Of a stretch of DNA of 64,000 nt, positions 1 through 13,176 are shown in pieces (the first letter of the stretch is position 1; each line of letters starts with the position of its first letter). The stretch lies in the NCBI GenBank assembly GCA_013265495.1, contig MU058463.1, positions 4,176,244 through 4,240,243 of the forward strand, read 5' to 3'. The stretch is from Vicugna vicugna. Its lineage: Eukaryota. The notes under the pieces were generated by a model. That model was not told the DNA's origin, made no database searches, and was given only the letters and a program-made list of their open reading frames with translations. The position numbers and the translations under genes are program-made.

Positions 1-51
1 GTCATAATGACAGTTATCTGAACCCCTAGTAGAACATTTCTAGGAGAGGTT

Positions 52-88
52 TTTTGGTTTTTTGTTTTGTTTTGTTTTGTTTTGTTTT
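52..88 (+). repeat. (TTTTG)n microsatellite
   Basis: Direct tandem TTTTG units. Confidence 0.85.
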
Positions 89-1129
89 ACATCTAAGATG
101 ACATTGTAGATTTTATTACCTTTTCTCTAAACACATTTTAAAACATGCATTCTTAGATTCACAGGTAAGTTAGTCTTCCATAAAACTACCTTCTTGCCAT
201 CACCTTTGTCATTCTGTTTTCTCCCTTCCTCTCCCCCTGCTCAATTGTATATACATCATTTACTTCCCTTAACTCATGGTTGGAAGTAGGAGCATTGGGG
301 AATAGGCAGTTTATTGCACAGATACTAAGACCTCCTGGGCTGACTTTAATGTTATGAAAGCCAGGGTCCTCTGCCATTTTCCTCCAGCTCGCAGTCCTCC
401 TTCACAAGTCTTGCTTGCTGCTAGGTAGAGAGTCTGCAGAGACATATTTGGTTAAGAGCCACACATATGTGCAGCATTTGTCCCACGCAGGAATCGATTC
501 TTACATGCTGATGTGCCAGAAGGGAGTCAGAGCCCCAGGCCATCCTTTTGCAAAGAAAAAAGCTGTAACTGTAAATCAAACCATTCCCTGCCAGAGCTGC
601 TCTCCAGAGACAAAGTACTGCAGGTTCTAAACCAAGTGCTCTGCAGGTCCTCTGTAGCGCCTGCAATGCTTATTTTTCCAAATCAATCAAAACAAGACTT
701 TTTTTAATCTGATGATAGTGTAATTCATTGACATTAAAACAAATGTGTAAAATACAGAGAAGCATATCGGCAAAAAAAAAAATTCACCTGTAATTCTACC
801 ACTGTTATTATCATCCCACTGTTATCATAATACTGTATAATATAATCCCACTATTACAGTTACTATGTTAATGTGGTGCGTCTGTTTCCAGTGTGTGTTT
901 CTCATACATAAGCTTGTGTTTTCATACTCACTTTCACACACACTTCCATTTTAAAAGAAAACTAGGATCGTTCTTTGTCTTCTGGTTGGTAACCTGTTTC
1001 TACTGTGTCTTGCACTTGAATGTCTTTAATACTGGACTGCTTTCCTATACCTGAGTTCCACCATCATTGGTATCTCCTTTTAAAAGCCCTAATACTGTTT
1101 AATTCTTCACAAGGGCCTCTGTGTGTTTC

Positions 1130-1262
1130 TGATAGCCCCATTTTACAAATTGAAGCACAGGAAGTTCAAGTAATTTTAGTTCAGTGCCACATAACTAGTG
1201 AGAGAGCTGGGAATTAAGCCCAGGAAGCTTAATTCCAGAACCCATTCTTTTTAACCACACTA
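1130..1262 (+). mobile_element. MIR SINE relic
   Basis: cccattttacaaattgaagcacaggaagttcaagtaatt...ccacataactagtgagagagctggga resembles the MIR core. Confidence 0.55.
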
Positions 1263-1974
1263 CTATTTTGCAACAACAATAACAGAGCTATTCTCAGGCA
1301 AACAAATAGACTGAAGGTAATACAAATACATAGAATAAACACATACCTATCATTCAGAAATACAACTTAGATAAAACATTGCAATAGCAAGTAGTGTGTT
1401 CAAGAAGAAAACACATTCCAGACCAAACTGCACTGGAGGGATGAATTTGCTATTTTAAGCAGAAACTGGGTCTGGCAGTAACAAATGTCACAGGCTACTC
1501 AGTGTAGAAGTATCTATTGGCTACTTAATTCTGATCCTTTCTGGAGGTTCCTGGTTATCTTCCTGTCTTGAATTCAGGAACTCAAATATAAGTAGGCATC
1601 CTTGATGATTTTTAAGAAATCTTGAGAGTCACTGTAGGTTCTCTTTTATATTCTTTTTAGTTGACAACAATTTTTGAAATACAAACTCTTGGTTTAGTTT
1701 CAAAATTATGATAAACTTCTTTCCCAAGTAATACAGTACAAATACAAATATTTAAAAACACCTGCCCAAGATTAAGTTAGTAAAACGACAGTTGGTCTCT
1801 AGTGGCATTTTTCATTATATATTTTTTTGATAGTCTTGAATTAGTGGTCTAGTTCTGCCTGCATGTTTGTGTTTGCCTTTATAAATACATATATATACAT
1901 ATCACAGTGAACTTTGGATTTATTTCTGTTGAAAAGTTAAATATGAAAAAAAATGATGCATTTTTCTGCATAGG

Positions 1975-2325
1975 ATGAAACGAGGAATAGGAAGAGATAG
2001 TGACCATAATTCATCAGGAGAAGATACTGCAGAGAAATCCAAGAAACTGAGGACTGCAAGTGAGCATTCACAGACTTGTGACTGGGGTAATCTCCTTCAG
2101 GACATTGTTCTCCAAGTATTTAAGTATTTGCCTCTTCTTGACCGGGCTCATGCTTCCCAAGTTTGCCGCAACTGGAACCAGGTATTTCACATGCCTGACT
2201 TGTGGAGATGTTTTGAATTTGAACTGAATCAGCCAGCTACATCTTATTTGAAAGCTACACATCCAGAGCTGATCAAACAGATTATTAAAAGACATTCAAA
2301 CCATCTACAGTATGTCAGCTTCAAG
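1975..2325 (+). CDS. FBXL3: FBXL3 coding exon 1 (F-box domain)
   Basis: Acceptor TAG at 1971-1973, ATG at 1975; [10 protein letters not shown]...[33 protein letters not shown]-box; donor AAG|GTAAT; 351 nt, phase 0. Confidence 0.97.
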
Positions 2326-2543
2326 GTAATACTTTAAATCCTTCTTTTTAAAAATGAAGCATATTTAGTGATTTTTGTGTTCTAAACCAGTACATCTTCT
2401 CATGCCTTTAAACTGTTGCATTTTTAGGGAAAGTACGTAAAGATTTAGATTGTGTACCTTAGAAGCTGTCACAGATAACTATATTGAGCTGAATTACTCC
2501 ATTTTATTATGAATTTTAATAATTTCTTGAAAGAGCAGAAGCA

Positions 2544-2819
2544 CAAGGTCCTACTGTATAGCACAGGGAGCTATATTCAGTCCCTTGTAATAGCTTATAA
2601 TGAAAAAGAATATGAAAAGAAATATACATACATATATATATGTATACACACACACATATAAATGAATCACTGTGCTGTACACCAGAAATCAACACAACGT
2701 CATAAATTGACTATACTCCAATACAAATAAAAAGTAAGAAAAACTATCCTTTGTTAAAAAGCACTTATTAGCTCACAATATAATATAAATAAAAATACAG
2801 CTGGCTTGCCAAAAAAAAG
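2544..2819 (+). mobile_element. 5'-truncated L1 3' end with extra 3' segment (putative transduction)
   Basis: ctgtatagcacaggg...ctatactccaat matches the 3' ends of the other L1s in the window; flanked by GCAGAAGCA at 2535-2543 and 2820-2828. Confidence 0.8.
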
Positions 2820-3587
2820 GCAGAAGCAACTGTTAAGTAAACATAAATCATATACCAAAGCTGTCATATTGAATTACGAACAAATCTGAGGCAAAAGAAA
2901 TATACAATAAAATTGAAATGTGGAGATTTTGACTAAAACTTAATTGCTATTGTTATCTAAAAGGGACTAAATTTTGCTTATTGCTGGCTTTATAATATGA
3001 GGTCTTTAAAGAAGAAGGAGATATAGAAACTTTATGTAAAAGATTTAGGTGTGTGTATTTTAGAGAGAAATTTTAAAAGGTACATGGAAGAATGCCAAGG
3101 AGAGCTATTTTTGTTTCTTTTCATTGCCAGCAGGGACGTGTTGGAAGTTAGGCAGGCAATGGTGAGATAAATAAAGTGGGGTGGTTTTTTTGAGATGTCA
3201 GAATAGTTTAAGGAATGACAGTGGTTTGTATGACTACAGAAGCTTGGAATGTTTTGTTTTGAGGATGAATAGTGAAATGTGGGCATGTTTACTAAATCCT
3301 TAACACACCTGATAATCATTGTTAAAAAGTAACACGTGAATAGCTGATTTCCCCATGTGTAGCTGTTGTTAAACAGGCCAAGTTAAACCCAGATAAAACA
3401 GTGTCTCTTAACCCAGAGATCCTTGCCAAAACTGAAGTCTTGTCTGCTTCCAAGACCATCCTTCCTTCTTTTATGGAGATTACCTGTTTATTCTCCTGTA
3501 TGTGTCCAGGAGAAAGCTGAGGAATGGCTGGGTGTATTATGGCCCTTTTCCCAGAAAACAGGAGCAAAGGCACTTAGGACACTGAGT

Positions 3588-3713
3588 GTAGGATTGCTAG
3601 GTTTAGCAAATAAAAACACAGGATGCCTAGTTAAATTTGAATTTCAGATAATCAGTGGATAATTTTTAGTATAAATATGTCCCACTGGATATCTTGTATA
3701 TGTGGCAACCCTC
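3588..3713. mobile_element. hAT-type MITE relic (MER53-like)
   Basis: Degenerate inverted ends taggattgcta...tggcaaccct with ttagcaaataaaaa...aaatttgaatttcagataa core. Confidence 0.5.
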
Positions 3714-4119
3714 ACGTATTGTCCCTCTCCCACCTACCCGTGAGGAAACCTGAAGAGCGTTCCCCTTCGGTTTCAGTCATCTTTGAGTTGTCTGAGTGTT
3801 CTAATGGTAAATCCTATAAAAAGATGACTGATGCATTAACTCTTAGGTCTAAAGACCAGTTCCATCCGGTGGATTGGCTGGGTCAGTTAGCCTGTGACAC
3901 AATTCAGCTGTATCCAACTTGCATGACCTTCACAAAACCATTTGTCCTATAAGTTTGAACATGTTTATTAGAGATTGTATATTTTTCGAGGAAATAATTT
4001 CTTATTTGCAGAAAAAGCCACATCCCAGAGTTTTTCTGGGCTCTCCTGATAATATTTGTGTTTGACTCATCACTGACTATAGGCCAAAGAGGCTTGTAAT
4101 CGGAGTTATTAGTGTAGAA

Positions 4120-4312
4120 CACTGGTTCCCAAACTTTATGTGCATCAGAAACTCCTAGGGTGCTTATTAAAGCAAAGATTGCTGGGTGTCAGCCCCAGAG
4201 TTTCTGATTCAGGTGGTCTGAATTGAGCATGAGAATCTGCATTTCTGACAAATTCCCAGGTATTGTCAGTGCTGCTGATCTGGAACCACAGCAGTTCTCA
4301 AAAGAGAACTGG
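4120..4312. mobile_element. MER5-like hAT DNA transposon relic
   Basis: tggttcccaaacttt..gcatcagaa..gattgctggg..ccccagagtttctgattcag..gaatctgcatttctgacaa, characteristic of MER5A. Confidence 0.65.
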
Positions 4313-5131
4313 TGTCGAGAAACTTAGCCTAAGGGTAATGTTATAAATAGCTCTGAAACTGTAATATAAGTCAGTACATCCGTATTACAAGTTCCTCAGA
4401 ACATTTTGGGGTTAAGGTAATGTACATCAATCTGGAAGTTAAAGTGATGATACTGTTTTTAACAACTTTGTTAAAGATGCCTTTTAGCCCAGGGAACAAC
4501 TTCCTTTTTGATAGACGAGCTCCCTCTTAAATCCTTAAGGGTGTTTTGGCCATATTACCCTTCCCCTAGGAAATGTCTCTGCGGAAGAAGTACAGCCACT
4601 TCTCATTTGGTTCCAATTTTCATGCTTGACTACTGGAGGCCCTCATTTTACTTCACATTCATCTTTCTATTAATAACGTTGATGGTGAAGTACCAGGTTG
4701 TGTTTCACCTGAACCTTCTGGAGAAATATTTGTTCGGTTTATTTTGAAACATTTGTACCATAGACACTGTACTTTCTGATCTGATCCACTATCAAATATA
4801 GAATTATTTTTCAAAGATTATAAATTCATGTTTCCATTAGGTTATATAGTCAGGCTTGAAATAAATAAGCTTAAAAGCCAAGTCCTTTCAACATTAAATA
4901 TATAACCTATCATAATGAAAGTTAAGTCTTGATAATTGCCCTTACAGTTTTTCAGGGGGATTCAGAAAAGGCCGACATCATATGTAAGGGTAGTTGATTG
5001 AAAGGATAAATATTAAATCTTTAAATTATAATGGAATAAACTAATGACTGTGTTTCCTGCCTTTTTAAAGTTAAAAAATACACAGAGAAATGTGACCGTA
5101 TGCATGCATAAAGGATGTTGTATTTTCCCAG

Positions 5132-5254
5132 GTGGACAGCAGCAAAGAGTCAGCTGAAGCAGCTTGTGATATATTATCACAGCTTGTGAATTGCTCTTTA
5201 AAAACACTTGGACTTATTTCAACTGCTCGGCCAAGCTTTATGGATTTACCAAAG
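5132..5254 (+). CDS. FBXL3: FBXL3 coding exon 2
   Basis: ttttcccag|[59 protein letters not shown]; 123 nt. Confidence 0.97.
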
Positions 5255-6124
5255 GTATCTGCTGGTTTTGTTTTATTAGCTGTTAATGAGAAATCCAGTG
5301 GAACCCTTACCCACTTCTTGCACTGATAGTGAGGGTATGAGAAAAGTACTATATAGAATGGAAAACCAGTGCCTGTTTAGAATGTTGTGTGATTTTTTTA
5401 GAGAGCTTTTCTTTTTTTCCATCACCTTGTGCTTCTTATGGGTAATGTTAAAGACTGAATGAATTTGCAGAGGATTCTGGAGGAAGTACTAAAAGAGACT
5501 GACTAAAATTGAGAAATAAGTATATTAGAAAAAAGACAGGATACATGCTCCGTTTTGGACTTTCAGAGCAAATTGGTGAAATTATAATCAAAGAAAAGTA
5601 AACAGTGCCAGTATTGAGAGCAGGTATAGCCTGCTTGTAATATCTTCTGGTGAGTGTATAAAGGTTTATTCTTCAGCAGAGTTGGTACAGCTTGGATTAA
5701 TTTACAGATTTTACTTACAGAAAACTTTTTTGGTGAAGAGTTAACTATTTATATTTCTATATATGTTCTAACATGATCCTGCATGTCATTAGAGATAGTC
5801 TAATAACTATTCTTTTAAAATAAAAAAAAAGTATGCGGTTTTTAGAAAGGCAACTGATAAAGCCCCCGAGTATGTTAGCTAACGTTCTGTAGGTTAGTAT
5901 CCAGCAATAATTTGTAAAGTTTTTTCAGAGCTCAAATACAGACATGCCTTTAAACACCTAACCGTTCAACTGACAGGATGATTCAGGAGGGAGTACAGGC
6001 AGCCCTCCCTTCAGGCACTGCGCTGTTGCAGCGCTTCCCAGTAATGCGTTTTTGCAAATTGCTTATATGAAAACCTGTCAATTCTCATTTGTAAAAACTG
6101 AAACTTTTTTTTTTCGCTTTTCAG

Positions 6125-6296
6125 TCTCACTTTATCTCTGCACTGACAGTTGTGTTTGTAAACTCCAAATCCTTGTCCTCACTTAAGATAGATGACACCC
6201 CAGTCGATGATCCATCCCTCAAAGTATTAGTGGCCAACAACAGTGATACACTCAAGCTGCTGAAGATGAGCAGCTGTCCTCATGTCTCTCCAGCAG
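6125..6296 (+). CDS. FBXL3: FBXL3 coding exon 3
   Basis: ttttcag|[69 protein letters not shown]; 172 nt, ends in phase 1. Confidence 0.97.
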
Positions 6297-6880
6297 GTAT
6301 GTTGCAGTTTTTGCCAGATAATTTTAGTAAAATGTATTGATGTATTTATCAAAGTAGGGGGAACTATGATCATTAACTTTGAAGGTGGGTTAATAGGATT
6401 ATTTACTATTTCATAAAATGTTTTTTAATGTCATAATACAATAGTGTAAATTTTGTAGCATTCCTAGCCTAGACACTTACTTTCAATTTATTTTCTAATC
6501 TTATTTGGCAATTTATGTCCAGCCTGTGCTAGAAAATGCATAGATTTAAAAAATGAGTGACACCCGTGCAGTCTGCCTAAGGTGCCCCTTTCGGTAAAAT
6601 AGAATTTTCTCTAATTGTGGCTGAGCTAACAGGGTAGGTTTTGAGTCAGAGCAGCCTCACAATTGCTTTTTTCTGACTATGTAGGGGGAGAATAGTTGTG
6701 CTGAAGTCGTTGCCTTACATTTTGCAAGATAATGCTGTTTCTAAGTTGAATTTTGGAGCTAAGAGCCCATCAAATGCAGGAGTAGCGTACAAAAGCTCTT
6801 TCCAGCTTCTCATACAGAATTTTCTAAGTATTACTACAGTACTCAGTTTGAGATCATTTAGCCTTCAAGTGGTTTGTATT

Positions 6881-7027
6881 TTTTTTTTGGCGGGGGTAGG
6901 TAAACAGGTTTATTTATTTTTTATTTATTTTTTTTTTATTTATTTATTTAGAGGAGGTACTGGGGATTGAACCCAGGACCTCAGTCTTGCTAAGCATGCG
7001 CTCTACTGCTTGAGCTATCCCCTCCTC
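6881..7027 (-). mobile_element. Camelid tRNA-derived SINE (Vic-type)
   Basis: Minus strand reads ggggatagctcaagcagtagagcgcatgcttagc...gtcctgggttcaatccccag (A and B boxes) plus an A-rich tail; perfect 15-bp TSD CAAGTGGTTTGTATT at 6866-6880 and 7028-7042. Confidence 0.9.
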
Positions 7028-8620
7028 CAAGTGGTTTGTATTGTGGAACAAGTATAAACCCCATACTTTGTCTTGGTCTGATGCTTTACTCCTGATTCAC
7101 CCTCCCAACACTCTGGCTGTGTTATTTGGGAGACCTGTTTTGATCTCTTTACAAAACATTTCCCACCTTGTCACCGTAACTGAAGCCTGGCTTTTCCCCA
7201 AGAGAATGATTCCCTCTAGGATGGAGAGCACTTGCTGTCCTCCCACATCTCCCACACAGAGGGGCTGGTGATGGCAATGGCGAGGTCTGTTGCAGTACTC
7301 TCCTAGTTTTTTGAAATAGAAGTTAAGAAGAATAGATTTTGCAGTTCCTTCTTCTGTGACCTTGGTCACAGTTTACCATCTACTGTATAGGTTTCCTATG
7401 AGTAAGGTCCATACTTCATAGCTTCATGGTGTCCAAAGTTCTTTGTGTCCTGACCTCTACCTGTCTCTGTAATCTTGTTTGCTTTTCACTCACGTGCAGC
7501 TTTTATTTGAGCCCTGTGTAATGACAGTTCTTTGTACGTGTGTAAGGTCAGTACACTGTATCTTGTGGAACACCTTAAAAACTTTTTTTTTCCACTTCAT
7601 CTGGCTAACTCCAATCCGGCCTTCAAAATTCAGTTCGTGTTCTGATTTTGTTCCTGTTTCCTCCTCTCTGGTTTAGACCCCCACCTGCTGTTTCCATAGC
7701 ATTCTGAATGTAACCTGCAGCACTTAACCACATTGTATGGGAGCCTTTGGGTCTCTGGTTTCTCTGTGAAACTGTGCGGTCATTCTGGGACAGCCCATGT
7801 TCATCTATTTTTGTTAAATATCTACATCAATTCTCAGTACGGTATAAGCTTGTTTGGTCTTACCAAGCTTTAATGGTTTCCAGACTAGTTGTTTAGGAAG
7901 GGAAGAAAAAGAACACTTGTAATACATTTTAATTTAGGAGTATAAACATACAGAATTTTTATTTGAAATAACTTGTGTATTTTCTTTCTATCCATGTTTT
8001 GCATATTTAGACAGTGTCTTTCTCTAAGTTGAAATTAAGGACTATTTTCTATTCTGCTTTCTTCACGGAACATTTTTATCAAGCTTTTTTCCCATTTCAT
8101 GTAGTCCTTACAATTGTCTATATTACTGGACCTCTAAGCACCATTTGACACTAGTTACTGTTACTGATTTTCACTCTTCCTCTCTAAGTGTCCCTACTGT
8201 TTCCTTTGCTGGTTTCTCTTTTTATTCCTTAAATTTTGGTGTTTCACTGTGTTTTGTACTGGGCTCTTTTTTGTTTTACTCTGTAAACTCTGGGCTGTGT
8301 CATCATCATCAGTGGCTTCAGTTTTGTTCTGTATGTTAACACCTCCTACTTTTAGTGTTTCTGAAGCTCCAGAGCTGTGTTGAGCTGCCAGTGGCCCACT
8401 GCCTGTAGAATGTCTCACTGGTACTTCAGACTAATGAACTTTGTTTTCCCCCTATTGAAATCCCTTGCTTCTCCCTTTTTACTGTTTCAGTAAATGGCAC
8501 CACCCATTTGGTTGTCAAGGACCTGACAGACACCCTTGATTCCTCCTTCCCTTACTTTCTACATCCCTTTAGTCACTGATGTCTAGTGAGTCCATCACTG
8601 CAATATGCTTTGAATCTGTA

Positions 8621-8991
8621 TGCTGTGGACTGAATGTTAGTGGTGGTCTCCTCCACCCCTCACCCCCTGCCCCAGTTCACATGTTGAACCCCTAACCCCC
8701 AGTGTAATGGTCTTTGGAAGTGGGTTGGGAGGTAAGTGGGTCATAAGGGTGGAACCCTCATAAATGGGATGAGTGTCTTTATAAGAAGGGATAGGAAAGA
8801 TGATCTGGTTTCTGTTTCTGCCACACAGCAAGAAGGGTGGCCATCCACAAGCTAGGAAGGGTTCTGGCGAGAGCCAGAACCCAGCATTTCTGGCACCCTG
8901 AGCTCGGACTTCAAGCCTCCAGAATTGAGAAAAATATTTATAGTTAAAGCCACTCAGTCTGTGGTATTCTGTTAAGCAGCCAAAACTAACA
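8621..8991. mobile_element. MaLR solo LTR (MLT1-like)
   Basis: tgctgtggactgaatgtt...gccactcagtctgtggtattctgtt...ctaaca pattern typical of MLT1. Confidence 0.7.
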
Positions 8992-9829
8992 TAGTCTGCC
9001 TTTCTTCTTCACTCTGGTGTGGCCTGTAATCTTTGTGAGTACCCTCTTAACTGATTTCCTGACATGCAGCTTTGCTCTTCTCTAACTTGATTTCCATGCT
9101 ACAGCCAGAGTAATCTTCCTCAAATATAAATCTGATTTTTTTTCCCCTCCAGTTTGCTTCATAACTTCTCACTATACTTTAGATGAGATCCAAACTCCTT
9201 ACTGAGGCTGACAAGGTCCCTTGGACTTCAGCCTTACATACTGTGTGTTGAGCACCCTTCATTTCTGAGAACGCTTGTGTTTTCTTCCATGTCTGAGTGT
9301 TCCCACAGGAAATTCTATTCACTCTCCCTTTCCACTTTTGCGCTAGCTTGGTCTTTCTAATTCTGTAGGTCCGTGTTAGTTCTGGAAATTCCTCCCTGAT
9401 TCCCTTGTTATGACTCCAGGAGCATTCTTGTTTAATTATCTGCTGGCTAGCTTCTGTTAGGATAAGGCTATCTTGTTCCTGTTGACATCCTACCACAAAT
9501 GGTTAACGTAAAAGACACTCATTAGTTACCAGCGGAACTGATGAACATTTAGCTACTTAGTTTTCTGTCTTGTTGATAAGCCAACATTTGCCTCCTAGTT
9601 CTTCTACGGTTGAATACATAACTTGTTTCCACATACTTGCTGTGATTTAAAAAGTGAACTATTTTGGCAGATAGTTTGCTTCTGTTAATTTCTTCCTCTG
9701 GGCAAATTATTAAGAAGTGGGAGAAGTAGGTCAAAGGGTTTGGATTTTTTTTTATGCTTCTTGCTGTATTTTTTCCAAAATGAGTTTTATGAACCATACA
9801 CCACCAACAATGGATTTCTATACCAGTTT

Positions 9830-10660
9830 TCTAACAGCTTTATTGCAATATAATTCATGTATCATACTGTTGACAATTTCCTGACTTTTAGTGTATTGAC
9901 AGAGTAGTATCTCCATCACTGCAGTTATTTCAGAACACTCTTACTATCCCAAAAAGACACCATGTACCTCTTAGCTGTCACCACTCCCCAAACCCTCATT
10001 CCAGCCAGCCCTAGGCAGTCACTGATCTACATTATGACGCTGTTGACGTTCTGGACATTTCAGGTAAATGGAATTATGTGTGGTCCTTTGTGACTGGCTT
10101 CTTTCACTTAGCATCATGTGTTCGAGGTTCGTCCATGTTGTAGCATGTATCAGTATTTCATTTTCTTTTATTAACAAATGATATTCCATTGTATGGGTAA
10201 TACCACATTTAACTGTTGATCGGTTGATGGATATTTGGTCTACAATGATTAATGCTGCTTTGAAAATTACATGCAAGTTTTTGTGTGGACGTATGGCTTA
10301 CTTTCTCTTGGTTGTATAACTAGGAGTGGAATTGCTGAATCATAGTTAATTCTGTTTAAGCATTTGATGAACTGCCAGACTGGTTTCCAAAGCAGCTCAC
10401 CATTTTACACTTTCACTAGCGGTGTATGAGAGTTCCAGCTTTTCCACATCCTCATCAACCCGATTTGTCTTTGTGATTATAGCCATCTTAGCAAATACGA
10501 ACTAGCATCTCACTGTGAGTTTGATTTGTATTTTCTTGATGACTCAAAATGTCTTTTCACATGCTTACTCACCATTTGTATATCTTCCTTGGGGAGACGT
10601 CTGCTCAGATCCTTTGCCTGTGTTTTATTTAGGTTATTTGTCTTTTTATTACTGAGTTAA
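9830..10660 (-). mobile_element. Old L1 fragment (ORF2 end and 3' UTR)
   Basis: Reverse strand gives ...HATTWTNLEHMMLSERSQ-type L1 3' sequence. Confidence 0.75.
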
Positions 10661-10722
10661 TAATAATTTACCAGTTTTAGCTTCGTCACTATTTTCCGTT
10701 AAGTATTTAAACACTTGTAACT

Positions 10723-11083
10723 GTGTGTTAGTTTTCTATTGCTGCATAGCAACTACAAGTTTAGCAGCTTAAGCCATCACCCATTTATTAGCACCTTGGT
10801 TTTATAGGGTTAGAGCTGGAGGCTTGGCTCAGCGGGCGTCCCTGCTTACTTAGCCAGAGAAGCTCTGAATCTGACTTCTGCAACTTATGCAACCAACCAG
10901 GGAAAACTGCTTTGATAGGGCTCTTGAGATTAGATTAGGATCACCTGGATGATCTATTTTAAAGCTAACTGTGCTATCTATAGCATAACATAATCATGGG
11001 AGTGATCGTCTTATCACGTTGTCAGGTCCCAGAGGTTAAGGTGTGGAATCTTGGGGACAATTTGAGAATTAATGCCAGCCACA
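10723..11083. mobile_element. MaLR LTR relic
   Basis: tgtgttagttttctattgctgcatagcaactac...gccagccaca termini. Confidence 0.5.
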
Positions 11084-12532
11084 CCTGTCTTAGTAGTTAC
11101 TAAATGACATTCAAAGTTTCTTTTATTTGCATCTTTGGTTACCGGTTCTCACGTGTTTGTTTTCTTTTTATATCAGACTTTATGAGATTGTGAAGAACAG
11201 AGATGTGTACAGGTTACCTTGGATGATAAGAGTTTATTTTCAAAGTGTATACATGTACCTCGTGGAGAACAGAAACTTTGCAGGGGCTAAACAGTAAAGC
11301 ACGAGTGTCTTTTAACTCCCTCTTCTGGTGACTCATACTGGTGATTCAGTTTCTCTCTTCACTGATTCTGTTGCCTGTATTCTGCTAATAAAGCTTCGGC
11401 TGATTGGTGACCTGGGTCTTGTCACTTCATGTGCAGTAGGCGAGCGCATGAACGTTTAAGTCATTCAGTCTATTTAAATTCCAGCTTTGCTGTCTTTAGC
11501 TAGCTGCCTCAACCTCAAAATAGAAAATTATTTTTCTAGATTTTTTTGAGTATTTGTGGGATAACGTATCTAGTATCTGACATATTATACTTGTACAATA
11601 AGTAGTAGATAATACGATGTATGTTTTGTTATTCCTATCCTTGTTTCTAAATACAGGAAAGAAATGGTTTGAGTGAGTCATGTATCAAGTATCACGGTGT
11701 CTTTTTGGGGCAGAGTTCTTACACTAGGCCACTTCAGAGATCTGATACTGACCTTTGGTAGAAGCTGGTGCTGCTAGGGGTTTTGGGCAGTTTTGAAGCA
11801 TAGTGCCCTAAGTATAAGGAACTATTTAAGGAATTGCTTTTTTGAGTATGAAAGAGCTCTAAAAGTCATAATGTATATTTCCATTAATTCGAATTAAGTA
11901 GTTATCTTTTGCCTCATTTATCTAGTGATATCTTGGTACTTTTTTCTTAGAAATTTGATAAGCTTACTGTATTATTATTATTAGCAGTTAAACTATTTGC
12001 TTATTTGATGGAAATCTTTTTAATTTTCCAAATTTTTATTTAGTTACATAAATCATATTTTATATGGTTTTACCTTATTGTTTTAATTAGGATTAGGTTT
12101 TGGATTTCAAAAAATGTCTTAGCCTCTGTTGTAATGATCATGTAATTTTTCTTGCCTAACCTATAAATTTAGTATTAGTAATCATTTTTTTTAATATGAC
12201 ATTGTCCATGCATTACTAGCATAAATCTTAGACATGGTATATTTTTAAATGACAGTTAATAACTTATGATTTTTCTGAATTGATAAGTTACTTTCATTTC
12301 TTTTAAGGTATCAGATTTAGAATTGGTCTCATTTTCTTACAGACTTAGTAATAGATTTTTAAATGTGTGTGACTTTCTGCTGGTTCAGTCGAATTCAACT
12401 AAATTTTAAGCTATGTAGCTTTGAAGTAAGGGAAGTGTAGTAAAATTCTGTTGTGGGACATGTACTTGATTAAATTTTTGAACACATGATGAACTTGAAT
12501 AAACTCTATAAATAGGTCTTTTTTCTTCCAAG

Positions 12533-13176
12533 GTATCCTTTGTGTAGCTGATCAGTGTCACGGCTTACGTGAACTGGCCCTGAATTACCACTTGTTAAGT
12601 GATGAACTGCTGCTTGCTTTATCTTCTGAAAAACACGTTCGCTTAGAACATTTGCGCATAGATGTGGTCAGTGAGAATCCTGGACAGACTCACTTCCATA
12701 CTATTCAGAAGAGCAGCTGGGATGCTTTCATCAGACATTCACCCAAAGTGAACCTAGTGATGTATTTTTTTTTATATGAAGAGGAATTTGATCCATTCTT
12801 TCGGTATGAAATACCTGCCACCCATCTTTACTTTGGGAGATCAGTAAGCAAAGATGTGCTTGGCCGTGTGGGAATGACATGCCCTAGGCTAGTGGAACTC
12901 GTTGTATGTGCTAACGGATTACGGCCGCTTGATGAAGAATTAATTCGCATTGCAGAACGTTGCAAAAATTTGTCAGCTATTGGACTAGGGGAATGCGAGG
13001 TCTCCTGTAGTGCCTTTGTTGAGTTTGTGAAGATGTGCGGTGGCCGCCTGTCTCAGTTATCCATTATGGAAGAGGTACTAGTTCCTGACCAAAAGTATAG
13101 TCTGGAGCAGATTCATTGGGAAGTGTCTAAGCACCTCGGCAGAGTGTGGTTTCCAGACATGATGCCCACTTGGTAA
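12533..13176 (+). CDS. FBXL3: FBXL3 last coding exon (LRRs and CRY-binding C-terminal tail)
   Basis: cttccaag|GTATCC completes Gly; [19 protein letters not shown]...[12 protein letters not shown]; spliced CDS 351+123+172+644=1290 nt, i.e. 429 aa. Confidence 0.97.

Noticed and set aside
6960..7027. tRNA gene
   Set aside because: The tRNA-like head is followed by an A-rich tail and a TSD, so it is a SINE.
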